NCBI RefSeq assembly: GCF_006345805.1
Contig: NC_043002.1
Location: 2,046,001-2,110,000, forward strand
Direction of reading: 5' to 3'
Source of the DNA: Octopus sinensis
Taxonomy: Eukaryota
DNA length: 64,000 nucleotides
Below are positions 39,854 through 53,185 of the stretch, one piece after another. The notes under the pieces were generated by a model. That model did no database searches. It saw only the letters and a program-made list of their open reading frames with translations, and was not told where the DNA came from. Made by a program: the position numbers and the translations under genes. The stretch's first letter is position 1, and each line of letters starts with the position of its first letter.

Positions 39854-41303
39854 TTTTTCTCTTGTTTTTGTTATAAACTAAAAATGAGCATATTATCAAT
39901 AATGGACCTATACACATCCAGACGTAGCTAAATATTATATTGATTACCAACCTCCTGCCTGTTGTTAATTTGGGGCCCTAGTCTGTGTATGAGTATAGCT
40001 TCCTAAAATTTTAAATTACCCAAATTTCTGTCATTACTTCAATTGTGACTGTTATGCTTTTGTCGGTGTTCCGGCAAATGACTAGATGTTTTCTGAAGGA
40101 GGAAGCTCTCGTATTCAGATGTTCTTTGATGCGGACGTGTAACGGTCTTGTTGTGCTACCCACGTAGAACTTGTTGCATTTGTTACATTGTATTCTATAC
40201 ACAACATTTACCCGGTGGCGTAAATCTATGTAATGGATGGGACAATTTGTTAGTGTACATTGATTGCTGTCCCTTGATCATTTCTTTGCGAGGTGTCCTC
40301 TCAGAGAGGGGCCGGAGTGGGTTAGTTATATGTCTAGCCCTTCTCTTTTTATGGCTCTTCGGATTGATGTAGTTATCATCTCGCTAAAATGGGGTATTTT
40401 AAGGAAGCATGTGTTGCTGGGTTTTCTATGTGTTCGGCGTGTTGGTCGTCGTGGGTACTTAAGCCGATTTACAATGGATCTAGGGTACCCGTTGGTTTTC
40501 AATATATCTAGGAAGCGTGTAGTGTGGGTTACTTTGTCCTCTGTCCTGCTGCACTTACCCTGGATGCTTGCAAGTTCATTTCTGGCGTATCCTATTTTGG
40601 CACCGAGTGGATGTGCTGAACTGTACTGGACAAACATATCTCTACTGGTTGCTTTCCTGTATAACTCGCTGTGGATCTTCCCTTCTTCCATTATATTCAG
40701 TTTAAAGTCAAGTGGTGATAGCGATCCAGTGATGTCGGGATGTTCTATAGTGAACTTTATGTTCGTGTCCATGCTATTGAACGTCGTGAATATTCTGTCT
40801 GCCTCTTCACCGGAGGATGTGGGTATGAGGATATCATCTACGTATATGGTAAAGAAGGTGCATGAGCGGCAGATGTTGAGTGCTTGACGTTCCAGATGGT
40901 TCATATAAGTAATGGCTAGTAGGCCCGAGAGACTGGATCCGATGAGGGGACCTGTTGTCTGTTTGTATATGTGGTATTGGAAAGAGTAATTGTTGTCCAC
41001 GATGATGGATAAAAGTTGATATATATCAGCTGCGGTAAGTCCGAAGCAGTGGATGTCGGACGCTATTATGCAGTCAGTCAATAGGTTGACCACTGAGTGT
41101 GCTGGCACCGTTGTGTACATTAAGACAACGTCAAGACTAAAGGCATCTCTGTTTTGCCTGAGTTGGTCTGGGGGCAATTGGTGCAGTCTTTTGATGACTT
41201 CGCCGGAGTTCTTGACGTGTCCAGGAAAGGTGGATGCGCGTAGGTTCATTTATGATAATATGTTCACCTGTAGTTTATAACAAAAAAAAAAACAAGAGAA
41301 AAA
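39854..41303 (-). mobile_element. Penelope-like element (RT + GIY-YIG), 5'-truncated, with inverted terminal segment
   Basis: FSLDVVLMYTTVP, GPLIGSSLSGLLA, IYVDDILI, LYRK..S..HP, NGYP; GIY-YIG YRIQCNKCNKFYVGSTTRPLHVRIKEH and LKILEAILI; inverted ends 39854-39898 / 41253-41303. Confidence 0.92.
40326..41249 (-). pseudogene. Penelope-type reverse transcriptase fragment (307 aa)
   Basis: ORF track; motifs as above; stop separates it from the GIY-YIG part. Confidence 0.9.
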
Positions 41304-42408
41304 GAGCAGGGAAAAGGAAGTTTCACGTATAATACATAACTTAGAAGCAGCGTTACGGATGTACCAGCACACACATGATTGAGACATGGCCGACCTCATG
41401 CACTTCTCATGAGGAATTCCGGAAGGAGCTTTGTGAGACCACTGCTGAGATGCTTCCAAAAAAGAAATAATAAAAAAGAAAAGCCGTTGGAAAACCGATT
41501 CTAGCAGCGACTCCATCTAAGAATATCTGAAGAAGGATTTTATTCCGAAATTTCAAATCAGACTATGGATGACTAAATTACAACAGGTATACACAGACCA
41601 TTGTCTGTATTATGGTGCATCGTTGTACCATTCAAAACGTTTTATTCTTTACAAACAATACACAATGCTTCAACCGAACCACAATACTCTCCTAAAAAAA
41701 TTACATTTAATCGATTAGCACTTTATTATGATAAATACTATTAATTTGTGCTATAAAAATAATTATTATAAATTATGATTAATGTAAGACCTTATTGTAT
41801 CGTCACCCCTTCTCCGACTAAAACCTATTGGCGAACCCCACTATTAATTTTATCATTTATTATTTATCCATCCTATTCACCCACACCTCCGTGCAAAGGA
41901 TTAATCCACCAATTACCATTTTAAGTTTAGTCATTTACTTAACGTCGTAAAGAGATACACAAACAAAATTGAATGATTACAGCCATATTGCTTTTTCTTT
42001 TTCTTCTCTAGGCCCTTGTTTTTTAATTGTTCTTCACTCTGATGAAGCTCCATGTTTCAGATCTGTTTTATTACCAAATATGATAAATATTTTTAGCATA
42101 TCAATGGAAATACCATAGAGCATTGGAAAGAGAAACAGCCGTAAGATGGGATGCGGTCTATTTGAATTGAATTAATAAATAAATAATTGATGGAAGTCAA
42201 TTGTTGTTCATCATTTTTTTCTCCATCTTCTATTTTCTTCAAATTTTGATTCTTGATACACTCATGTTTATCTTTGTTTTTACCTCTAATTTATGAGTAT
42301 AATGTCCCTTCATATCTATGCCAATGGTTAAACATAGGTAATACACCGGTGGTACAATGGGTACTTCTACCCCTTAGACAGTTATTTTAACTTCGAACAC
42401 ACCTAACC

Positions 42409-42501
<93 letters not shown>

Positions 42502-42508
42502 GTTATTA

Positions 42509-42555
<47 letters not shown>

Positions 42556-42558
<3 letters not shown>

Positions 42559-43440
42559 TAGTTTTATTTTTATAGCGTGCTTTCACTTCACTACCGAGCG
42601 CAGCTCTGTGTGCCTTGGGTATGTGCTGTGATTTGTTGTGATGCTCTGATGGTTATTGTATGGAAAGTGTTCTGCGTAGGATGTGCGCAGTGCCTAGTAG
42701 TGCAATTTTCTGTATGTTATATGTGTTTGTAAGTCCTGGTGTTTTTGTTATGTATTTGTCTGAATATTTTTAATCATGCCTTATGCACCTACTATGATAG
42801 GAATTGTTTCTGTTTTTAGATTCCACATTCTGGTTACCTCAATTTCCAGGTCTTTTTATTTTGAAAGTTTCTCCATTTCTTTAGAGACACGTTGTCATCT
42901 TCCCGTATTGATACATCAATTAGAAAGCATTTTTTTTCCTTCATGATCTCTGACAACTATATCTGGTCTGATGGCCTTAATTTCTCTATCTGTGTGTATC
43001 GGCATATCCCAGAGTATGGTTGCTTTCTCGTTTTCTGTGACCTTTTCTGGTGTGTGCCTATACCATCTTTTTTCTGTTGTTATTCCATAATGTTGGCATA
43101 GCTTCCAGTGTATGTAGGTTCCAACTCTGTCATGTCTGTGAATATATTCCTTCTTAGCCAGGACTGCGCAGCCAGAGATAATATGATTTATTGTTTCTTG
43201 TCCATCTCCACATATTCTGCAGTTACTTGTTATATTTCTTTTCATTACATGTTTTTGGTAATTACTGGTGGGGAAGCTTTGGTCTTGTGCTGCAATTAAA
43301 AATCCCTCTGTCTCTGCTTTGAGTACAGAGCTTCTCACCATTGCTGGGATTTTTCTTTGTCTATTTCTTTTGCATTTAGTTTAGTCCAGTATTTACCGTG
43401 GAGGGGTTTTTCTTGCCATCGTTTTATCATGGTTCTTTGT
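42556..43440 (-). mobile_element. Dong-A 3' fragment (~885 bp)
   Basis: Near-identical to 20831-21690; same 3' junction ACTACTG/(AAT)n; (TAA)n on both sides. Confidence 0.95.
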
Positions 43441-43463
43441 ACTATTATTATTATTATTATTAT

Positions 43464-44016
43464 GTGAGAGAGATGTGCATGCCATCAAAGTGACACTGGA
43501 GTAAAATATACGAAGCCCAGTATACCCATCATGACTACCTGTCTGATAAGGATACACTAGGCACATGCATCACAACCATATGTGCGTGACATGGTGATCT
43601 CATATCAAGACAAACATCACATGACCTTGTAGGTGGGGCCCAGTTAGAATTTTATTCTGGTCGAGTAACCCATCTCGCTCAAAAGGTCTCTGAATAAGAG
43701 TTGTTTAAGGATGTTGAACGAAACACCCATATTTCCAGGGGTGAATTATCCAAACACCAAAGAATCCCTCTCAACACATTGCTATGATGCTCCCCTACTT
43801 GCTTCTGCTCGTGATCAGAGATGCAGATATCGTCAGCCACTAAGGAACATGCTCAACTGGTTAAGGTCAAAGAACTGACAAGCAAATCTGTGGTATTGAG
43901 CAGAATATTTGCTGTAGCCCATCTTTTATACCAAGACAAAACAATGTACATGATAACACTTCCAATCCGTTAAGATCAGAAACCACGAGAACTACTGCCT
44001 GGTACTGCATCCGGGC

Positions 44017-44018
<2 letters not shown>
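43464..44018 (-). mobile_element. Non-coding ~555-bp element X between (TAA)n tracts
   Basis: Second copy at 54570-54823 shares the microsatellite-proximal end; no ORF, no recognisable A/B boxes; strand inferred from truncation pattern. Confidence 0.75.
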
Positions 44019-44073
<55 letters not shown>

Positions 44074-44157
44074 GAAGAGTAAAAATCAGTAATGATTTTA
44101 CCAGGGTGTCAGTGCGGGAATAAAAATTATATAGGTAAATTTTACAAATATTTTAAT

Positions 44158-44570
44158 AATTATATACATAATTATAACAAGTGATTGGCTATAAGCCTCT
44201 CCACGTGCTAGAAAAATAGACGGCAGAAGACGCTGTCACAACCTTAAAACACTGGGGTGTAATCGGGCAAAAGAACGATAATGAATTAAACCTTTGGTTA
44301 ATGGTATTCAAGATCCTGTTTCAAGCTTAAAGTAAAAAAAAAATATTACTTACTGCTCTCATCTGCAACGATATTCCATAGTATAAATTTACATATATCC
44401 ACACATACGCACACGAGCGGCGTCATCGTACAGCAAATATATGTACACACTCGTAGAAAAGTGTTTTATTCTCGGAGTTTTTAAGGTGGTAATAGCTTCT
44501 TGTGGGGTCTATCTTTCCAGCGCGTGGAGGGGCTTGTAACCAACCCCTTGTTATAATTATATATATATCC
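44158..44570. repeat. Diverged inverted repeat, ~95-bp arms (44158-44252 / 44476-44570)
   Basis: ATAATTATAACAAG.G.TTGG.TA.AAGCC.CTCCACG.GCT.GAAA.ATAGAC...ACCTTAAAA shared in opposite orientation. Confidence 0.8.
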
Positions 44571-44678
44571 AATATTTAATGCAGTATTTTCGGTGGCAGT
44601 TTAGTTCAGATGTGTATTATTGCTTGGGGCGGTAAGTTTTTTTTTTTTAAACAGTTTAAATCTCTATGAATCCTAACC

Positions 44679-44787
44679 GGGAAACCGTTTACAAAACTGA
44701 ATATATTTCTTGTGTACCGTTTATATATTTCTTGTATATATTTCTTGTATACTGGGAAACTGTTTACACAACTGAATATATTTCTTG
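44679..44787. repeat. 34-bp direct repeat with internal TATATTTCTTGTA sub-repeats
   Basis: GGGAAAC(C/T)GTTTACA(A/C)AACTGAATATATTTCTTG at 44679 and 44754. Confidence 0.8.
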
Positions 44788-47192
44788 CATTTAACATTGA
44801 TTTCTTCATTTTATTCCTCTGGAGAAGTGGAAAACTCGATTAAATTGACCCCATGTCAAACTGGTATTCATTTTAAGATACCAACAGGATGGTACTAATC
44901 TTAGTGGTATTTGAACACAAGACGTAAACACTTAGATATTGCAAGGCTGTTTTCAATCTACGCTGAAATATTATGTCATGCCTCATAAATCAAATATCGA
45001 ATGATAGCAGGCATTTTCTCCGGTTGGTTTCAACTGTATTTCACTAACGAATGTCTGATCATGTCCCTTTACATCAAGTGAATATTAATAAATGGATATT
45101 TGTAGATATGTGGAATAATTTTTTCAACATACAAATAGAAATGATTTTAGGAAATTAATCAATTTTGTTTCCCAAAAGGCATTTATCTGGCTTCAAATTT
45201 CAGTAAATCGCTCTGTACAGTTTATTTAAATTATTAGTAAAAGTGAGAATGAAATTTTTTTGATAATGATGATAGTTTTAATTTTGCATGATGGTTATCA
45301 ATTTTAGAGATTTGTTAGTAGTACAACAGAGCATTTGTTTGTAGTCGATGTCGGTCGTAAATTAAATTCTGTGATATATAAAGAATGTATTAAAAAATAA
45401 AGTCATGTAACTTCAATAATACATAGAATTAATATAATTGAAATATACAAAATAATTATGCACAATTAATTGAAATGTTCAACATGTTTTTTTTTAATAA
45501 TTTCCGTTACACAGATCTTGTCATATACTTTTTTCGCCTTAAATTTAAATATGATTAAAAATTGTAATTAAATATTTTCATCGCTTAAAACAAAATTATA
45601 GAATTACGGTTGTACAAGATTTATTGACGCGTGTCAGTGATTTCCTGGATTTGGGTCTTATCAGATGCTCAATTAATTTGGTAAGGCACACTAAGATACA
45701 TGAATCAAATTATAAAAGAATGGAATTTTAAAAAAAATATTTTTAATTGTCGAAATTTAAATTACTACCAAAAAAGCAAACTCATATCAAATAAGATAAA
45801 TATTCTTTTATCTAAAATATAAATAGGAGGAGGGGGAGAAAAAGAAGGAGGAGGAGGAGGAGGAGAAGAAGAAAAAGAAGAAGAAGAAGAAGAAGAAGAA
45901 GAAGAAGAAGACATTTTTTAATGAAAAATACATTGAGGTTTTCGACATTAAACAAAGATTTTTATTGAGAAGGTGTATTTCATCTGAGAGAAATCAATTT
46001 TGCACAAAACAAATTAAGAATTCATCTTCATTTTTTAAAATAAATTCCTCTAGACTAACATATCTTTATATATATATACATTTATAAACGGAAGACTGAC
46101 AGATGTGGCCATCACCAAATAATAATGATTTTATTTCCATGATTTTTCGTGAATCACAGAGAAAAATGCTTCTGGCATGATGTCGCTTTAAAATTGTCCG
46201 ATCCCATATTTTGCACATCTGTATCACAGTTTAGATTTATGTACGGCAAAAGGACGGGTTCCTGTTATAAACAAACATTGCTTGTAAATGTTTGTCTTTT
46301 TTTAATGTAGAGTCAGCAAAGTTCAAACCATTCTTCACATCATGCTAATATGCTCTCACAGAATTTATAGTATTTTAGCCTTGAATGTCATGTTTATTTA
46401 TGTTTATTTCTTGATGTACGTAGCGATAAATTATATTGTTTCAAATATATAAAACTTGCTTAAAGAGTTTATGGTGAACGAGAGAATGTTTTTTTGGTCG
46501 GTGGTAATACAGATTATATACTTGTACCGTGGCTTTGAATCGGGAGAACTTATTAGTAGCACACCATGTAGACACAAAATAATCTCTAAATACAGAGATG
46601 AGGATTAGAGCTTATCAGTAAACACAACGTTTAAAGGAAAGACGTAATAATAGGATTTATCAAGGCAAATTAATTAAGACAAATTCTATGCAACGTAAGG
46701 AAGTTCTTCATGTTAGTCCACTCAGCTGACAGATGAGAATGTTTAGTAGTTTATGAGATATTTTATATTTCTGTGTTTAGCAGAGATTAGTGATGTGAGC
46801 AGACAGCAACAGCACACAGTAGTTCAATGACTTAGTGTATCGAAAATATTTATTCATTTTAAAGAAACTACAAATATATTCGCCAAAGACGAAAATAAAA
46901 GGGTTTAATAGAGTTGACAAATATATCCGTTCCACAGCCAAATTAGATATTATTCAATGAAGTCTTAGAATAATATTCAACTCGTTTCAGGTGAAGTGAG
47001 CTGACGTGAGGTTTCAAGGAGTTTCACTGATTACAATTTCAAATATAAAGAGTAGCTCGTGTGTCGTCGCTACGTTCATTCCCTCAACCTCTGTAAACAC
47101 ACTTAAATCTCATCTCGATGCAACCATATACATATGATGTTATGATGTAAACCAGAGCAGAACTGCAGAGTTTGAATATTTCAATATGTTGC

Positions 47193-47210
47193 AGTAGCAG
47201 TAGCAGCAGC

Positions 47211-47298
<88 letters not shown>

Positions 47299-47357
47299 TA
47301 GTAGTAGCAGCAGCAGCAGCAGCAGCAGTAGTAGTGGTAGTAGTAGTAGTAGTAGTA
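47193..47357. repeat. (TAG)n/(CAG)n microsatellite
   Basis: Direct reading. Confidence 0.95.
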
Positions 47358-47846
47358 ATCTTTGTTCAGAGCTTTCTGTAGGAAAGTAAGCATTCTTGTG
47401 ATAGTCACTGTTCTTTCATGTAATAGAACGGGAACCGAAGACAGGTGCTGTTTAGAGAAAAGAAATTATGTTTCCTTAATAAACTCCATTATGGAATATA
47501 AATCACTGCATTGTTTAAAATGTCCATCTTGTATCAATAGCAATTTTGTTATAGCTTTCTCTGCAAGCTGAATGTTTTTTTTTTATATTTTATGTTGAGC
47601 CAGAGAAAATATATCATATGTATGTATTGAGACTTAAAATCGTTCAAAGTGATCCCTTTTCTTGTGGCTTTGATAAAGGTCTCTTGAAAGATACCTGGAT
47701 TTGCCCCAGTAATAAGAGACCATGTCCATCGGTGGACCTTATAGCTAAAATTGCAAGTTAATAAAGCATGCGTTTATTTTATGAAATCGCTTTCTACAGC
47801 ATCACACACACATACACGCAAATGTACGTGTATGTGTATATGTGTA

Positions 47847-47941
<95 letters not shown>

Positions 47942-47953
47942 CATGCATATATA

Positions 47954-47987
<34 letters not shown>

Positions 47988-47989
47988 CC

Positions 47990-48028
<39 letters not shown>

Positions 48029-49828
48029 GAAATAAAAAAGTTGAATATGTTTGGTTATTAACATAATTGTATATCAGACTCGAGCCTTTCGGATGATAGC
48101 TTGACATTAAATTGATGTAGCGATCACTAAATGCAATTTATTAACCAAATAAATTCGTTACAAAAGACTAGATTATAACGTTGCAGTTTTATAAAATTAT
48201 ATGGTATAAAAAGCGTTAGAGCTTTGGTGAAGTGAAGTAAAAGCAATTTTCCGATAGAAAAATTGAATTTTCTATTGTAAACACAATAAATGCTGAAGTT
48301 TAATAACTTTAACGTGAAATTAGAGACAATAACAGACCCACATTGTACCGAGTTAGTACATATTGCTACACACTATACCAATATAGAGAAAGTCTATGTT
48401 ATGTTCCTATACTCTTCCAGTTTGTTGTTCTTAAATCTGTGTGAGTTTTTGTGTCTATAAAAATTTTTGTTACATAATTTAAAACGCGTGAAATATTTTT
48501 GTTTTTATAGTCGTTTTTAGAATTGTTGTAGTGGCAGGTCATTTCTAAATGAGCTGATTCCAGATAGTAGAATATGTTACTCGAAGACATTAACACACCT
48601 TATTCTATTCTAATCACCTTGTACGAATAAAGAAGTGTGCTTCTTTTATATTTATTGCTCAGACAAATTAAGAAGTTCCCCGCTGCAATTCACGCATCAT
48701 TAGCCATATGGTTGTCAATAACGGCCATTTTCTGTTTGTAATCAATTTCCTTTCTGGCAAGTGTTATAATGCAAAACGTAAGTTGTCGAATTCTTATTGA
48801 AGTTCTCACATTATAGGCAGGCAACTAATGTCCACAAGGAAGATGCGAATGCCATTCACCTCCCTACATGTCCTTTTATGCTGAAATCAATAGAAATATT
48901 TTTTACACAGTCAATACTTTTAGTGAAGTAAAGCCGACTGAATTGATCTAGTCAATATATTATATTTATTTTATCGATCCTGAATCGATAAAAAGCAAAG
49001 TCGATCTTAGGGAAATCTGAACAGTGACCACTGAAGCAGCGAACTACTTAAAGAACGACAATGAACGTTGGATGCTGCCTTTATATCCTTTTCGGGGATC
49101 GATAACATTCAATAACATACTAGATCGAATCAATCTATTATAGTCTTGCTAAACTACAAAATATTAATTTTATACCTAGTCAAAAGAAATCAATATGATC
49201 ATTATTTATGTCAACAAGCTAATAATCTTATGAACACGACATAATATATCCTTGTATGATATCTCCTTCCCAACATTTATGAGGCACTAAATTAAGACAC
49301 GAAGAAATATATTGTTTAACGCGTGTGATGCGGTGTAACTTGTTGAACTCAAGTTCGATTTTATTTTCAGGAATTTCTTTTTTTTACCAAGGCAGTATAA
49401 CAGAAAATAGGAATTGAAGCTATTCAAGTTAGCGAGCGTGTGAGGTGAGCATTTCATCTGCTGCACAAGACCAATGATCAAACAACTTATTTGTTATATA
49501 TCTCAGTTCAGCGAGCTGTAGACACGAGCAGCGAATGCTATATATTTCACACCTTCAAGCTGTGTATTTAATTGACAAGCCATATAAAATTTCCATGTTG
49601 AATTTTCTAGGAAATACTCCATTAAGTCGAAGGCCTTCCTCTCGATGGTATACTTCAGTCAGATGTTATTGTGTATTCGTTCAATGACCATTCCTGTCTC
49701 GCATGTGGCATCCCAGACCCTCCCCCCCAAAAGACAAAAAAAACCAACTCTACTCGTCTCATGGAAATGAAGTCTTTCTGAATTACACTCCAGCATCTGA
49801 TCTAAAATCATGCACTATGTCTGCCTTT

Positions 49829-49843
49829 ACAACAACAACAACA

Positions 49844-49875
<32 letters not shown>

Positions 49876-49985
49876 AACTACTACTACTACTACAACTACT
49901 ACTACTACTACAACTACTACTACTACTACCACTACTACAACTACTACTACTTGTACTACTACTACTACTACTACTATTACTACTC
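49829..49985. repeat. (ACA)n/(ACT)n microsatellite
   Basis: Direct reading; explains poly-T/poly-Y ORFs. Confidence 0.95.
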
Positions 49986-50223
49986 AGAGATGCTTTGTCG
50001 CTATGTCCCCGCCCCATTCAGATATACCTAACTCATTCGTCCGACATATCCCGCTCTTATCAGCCCCCGCGTCCACCGGTTCCTCTTCAGTATTGTTGTT
50101 CAGGAATTCCATGATTTATACATATTTCTCTAGTAATCGTCAAAGTGCAGCTCTCTCTCTCTCTCTCTTTTTCTTTCTCTATCTATTTCTCAACCCTCCC
50201 CCTCTCTCTCTCTCTCTCTCTCT

Positions 50224-50375
50224 CGACCCTAGTGCGCAACTGGTACTTAAATTATCGATCCCGAAAGGATGAAAGGCAAAGTCAAGCTCGGCGGAATTTG
50301 AACTCAGAACGTAAAGACAGACGAAATACCACTAAGCAATTCGCCCGGCGTGCTAACACTTCTGCCAGTTCGCCA
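50224..50375 (-). mobile_element. SINE family B, head and core
   Basis: Matches 27180-27342. Confidence 0.9.
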
Positions 50376-50404
50376 CTACAGCAATGTCTGCTATGTCCTC
50401 TACA

Positions 50405-50668
50405 GCAAACCCTACACTGATGGGTGAGGATCAACAACCTTCATGAGGGCCGGTTCCCCGGTTATTGTGGTACTTACATTCCCCACCGGGGGACGGGACA
50501 CCACTCCATCGAAGGATTCCTCAATTTTACGAGCTGAATGGACTGAAGCAAGATGAAATGGACCGTTTTGCTCAAGGACACAGTGCATCGCCTGCTCCAG
50601 AAATTGAAACCCTAATCGTACGCTCATGAGTTCAACACCCCAAGCACTAAGCTACGCACCTCCACCCA
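50405..50668 (-). mobile_element. tRNA-derived SINE, family C
   Basis: Minus strand TAGCTTAGTG (A box), GGTTTCAATTTC (B box), TGTGTCCTTGAGCAA core shared with 52630-52878. Confidence 0.7.
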
Positions 50669-52164
50669 TACACTGTCCGCAAAACACAGTCTGATCTCCG
50701 TGGAATATTCACTTCACAAACATCCTCTTCCCTGCACCTTTGTTGTCGTCTTCTAACTCTTCAAGAGGAACACTGTGTCGTTGATATTGGCATCGAAGAA
50801 CCAATCCGCTCGGAACCAACCATTAAACTTTTAAATGTGAAAGTTATTAACGTGACTTTCCTATGACCAATTTTATCACTTCCATCGGAAGGAACTCATC
50901 TCTTACAGGTTTGCCAATATCTGTTTTGGTTTCTTTATGTCGTTTATGTAATCTCATTACGGCACAACCAAATTCTTCTCTGTTCTTTTGTAGAAAACTT
51001 GTAGAAAACTGCGATATCACAAAATTGTTTTCTTTTACAAAATGCTGTTGTTTACATAAAAAAAAGATTCCGTTCGAAATCCTTTGTTGCCTATTATTTT
51101 TATGCGATATTATATTCTAAATTTACATTTTCTTCAAAAACCTAAAACCTATATGATGTCGACATTTAAATAACCAATAAATTCTTTCTTTATCTCTGTA
51201 TCTGAATTATCTCTTTTCTCTTCCTTTATCAGCTTTCTTTATAAGCTTTCTTCTGTCACTGAACGTTGTTGCTAAACCTTATTGCTGCTTCTTTCCTTAT
51301 CATATATCCTTACTTCTTAATTCACAGCAAGTCGCTACTTATTTTTAAACTTGGCACATAGCAGCCTTTTCGATATCATCTCATTTTATGCTGTTTTAGA
51401 GACATTTGCGTGTTTTTTTTTTACATCCATTTCTGTGACAATATACACAATTACATTTTTGTTCACTTTTATTTAAGTTTCCATCGTTTATTTTTCTGGT
51501 TTTATTTTCTATTTTATATTGTTTTGAAAGTTAATTCCAATACTTCTTGGAGCGTTTCTTGTTTATATTTTGTGTATTTTTCCTTTTTCCGATTCACTCA
51601 CAAGTTTCAAGGTTTCAAGCGATCCTTTGTTTGTTCTTCACACATTCTCTTTCTTTCGTTTCCAATACGGCGAAGGAACACTTTTTTAATATTAAATTCT
51701 GAATGAATTAAAGCTCAATAATTTGTTTTTAATTTATTTCTTTGTCATTAGATTAATAAGCATGCATTCAAACATTTCTTTGTAAAATATGCAGTTTTAT
51801 AAACAGTTAGATTTATGATAAAAGCTGTAATTTCCTTAAATCTATAGAAATTGTCGTTCATTTAAGAGACTCGGAACATTTTCTATAATTTCGGCATTAA
51901 GATAACGAGTTATATTTTCAAATTAACAAAACTCTAATAAAGGCCTCTTTTCAGTTCATTTTTCGTTTCCGGTTCTGCCTTGCATCAATAAAAAGAAACA
52001 GCATTTCTCATCGAAAAACCGTTTAAAATAACTATGAATGTTTTAATGAATGACATCCGAAATTCTAAATAAACCATTTGCGTTAGCCTTATCTTTTTAT
52101 TCGCTTTATTCTATTCATGTTTATCGTCATCTTATTACCATAACTAATAGTTATAGTTTAGATT

Positions 52165-52625
52165 AATGATTTGAAGTATACCTCAATAGCTGCATTATAT
52201 ATTATATGTACACCTCGTCAAATATTATATACGCTTTAACTAAGTATTTTATACACCTCGTCATAAAGTATTGTATACTCGTTACCGTAATGTATTATAT
52301 AAAGCTACCATAAAGAATATATACATTAACTTATCATAAAGTATAAAGGATAAAATATTGTAACTTATAAAATATTATGCATACTTTGTCATAAAGTACT
52401 ATATATACTACATTATAATGAATTATACACACCGTTCCATAATGAGTTATATACACCTTATCACAAGGTATTATACACATAATACTATAATGTATTATAT
52501 AAATCTCATCGTAAAGAATAATATACAACAAAATATAAAGTATCATCTACACCGTATGATAAAGCATTATATACACCATTATCGTTAAATATTATATACA
52601 CTTTATCATACAATTTATATCACTT
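52165..52625. repeat. Degenerate ~24-bp minisatellite (approx. GTATTATATACACYTTATCATAAA)
   Basis: Recurrent TATTATATACAC...CATAAAG units with many substitutions. Confidence 0.75.
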
Positions 52626-52629
52626 AATC

Positions 52630-52878
52630 ACATGTCCGACCAGATTCTTAGATGTTGTTATACATCGCTGGCCACAATGCGCTTTGCATTGGTCAGATCG
52701 AAATTGCTTCGGGATCGGAATGCCATTGCGTCACGAGGAGACTCATTTACAGTTGAGTAAAGAATGGAAGGAACGTGAAATGAAATGTCTTGCTCAAGGA
52801 CACAAGGAGCCGCTCGGTCTGGGAATCGAATCCTTCATCCAGCGATCGTGAGTGTAACACCCTATCCACAAGGCCACC
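52630..52878 (-). mobile_element. tRNA-derived SINE, family C
   Basis: Minus strand TGGCCTTGTGG (A box), GGATTCGATTCC (B box), TGTGTCCTTGAGCAAGACA core. Confidence 0.75.
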
Positions 52879-53039
52879 CACCTGCACACATACAGTTCAT
52901 CGATGTATAACTTGGAAAACATATAGGCAATAACCATCCAAGTCTAATGAATGCCGTCTATAAACATTTCTACAGAGTCTGAAACTATTTTGTATAACCT
53001 ACATGTCTTCATATATAACAGGTATCTTCCATCTTACTC

Positions 53040-53185
53040 GAGCTACCCTGCTTATTACTAAAGGTAACCTTTTTATTATCGTAGACACCCTGCCTATTAT
53101 TATCACTATTATTATCGACATCCTGCTTATTATTATAGGCAGCCTATTATTGTAGGTACCCTGTCTACTATTGTAGGTACCCTGT
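53040..53185. repeat. Degenerate ~21-bp minisatellite (approx. TATTATTGTAGGTACCCTGCC)
   Basis: Repeated ACCCTG(C/T)(C/T)TATTA and TGTAGGTACCCTG units. Confidence 0.7.
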
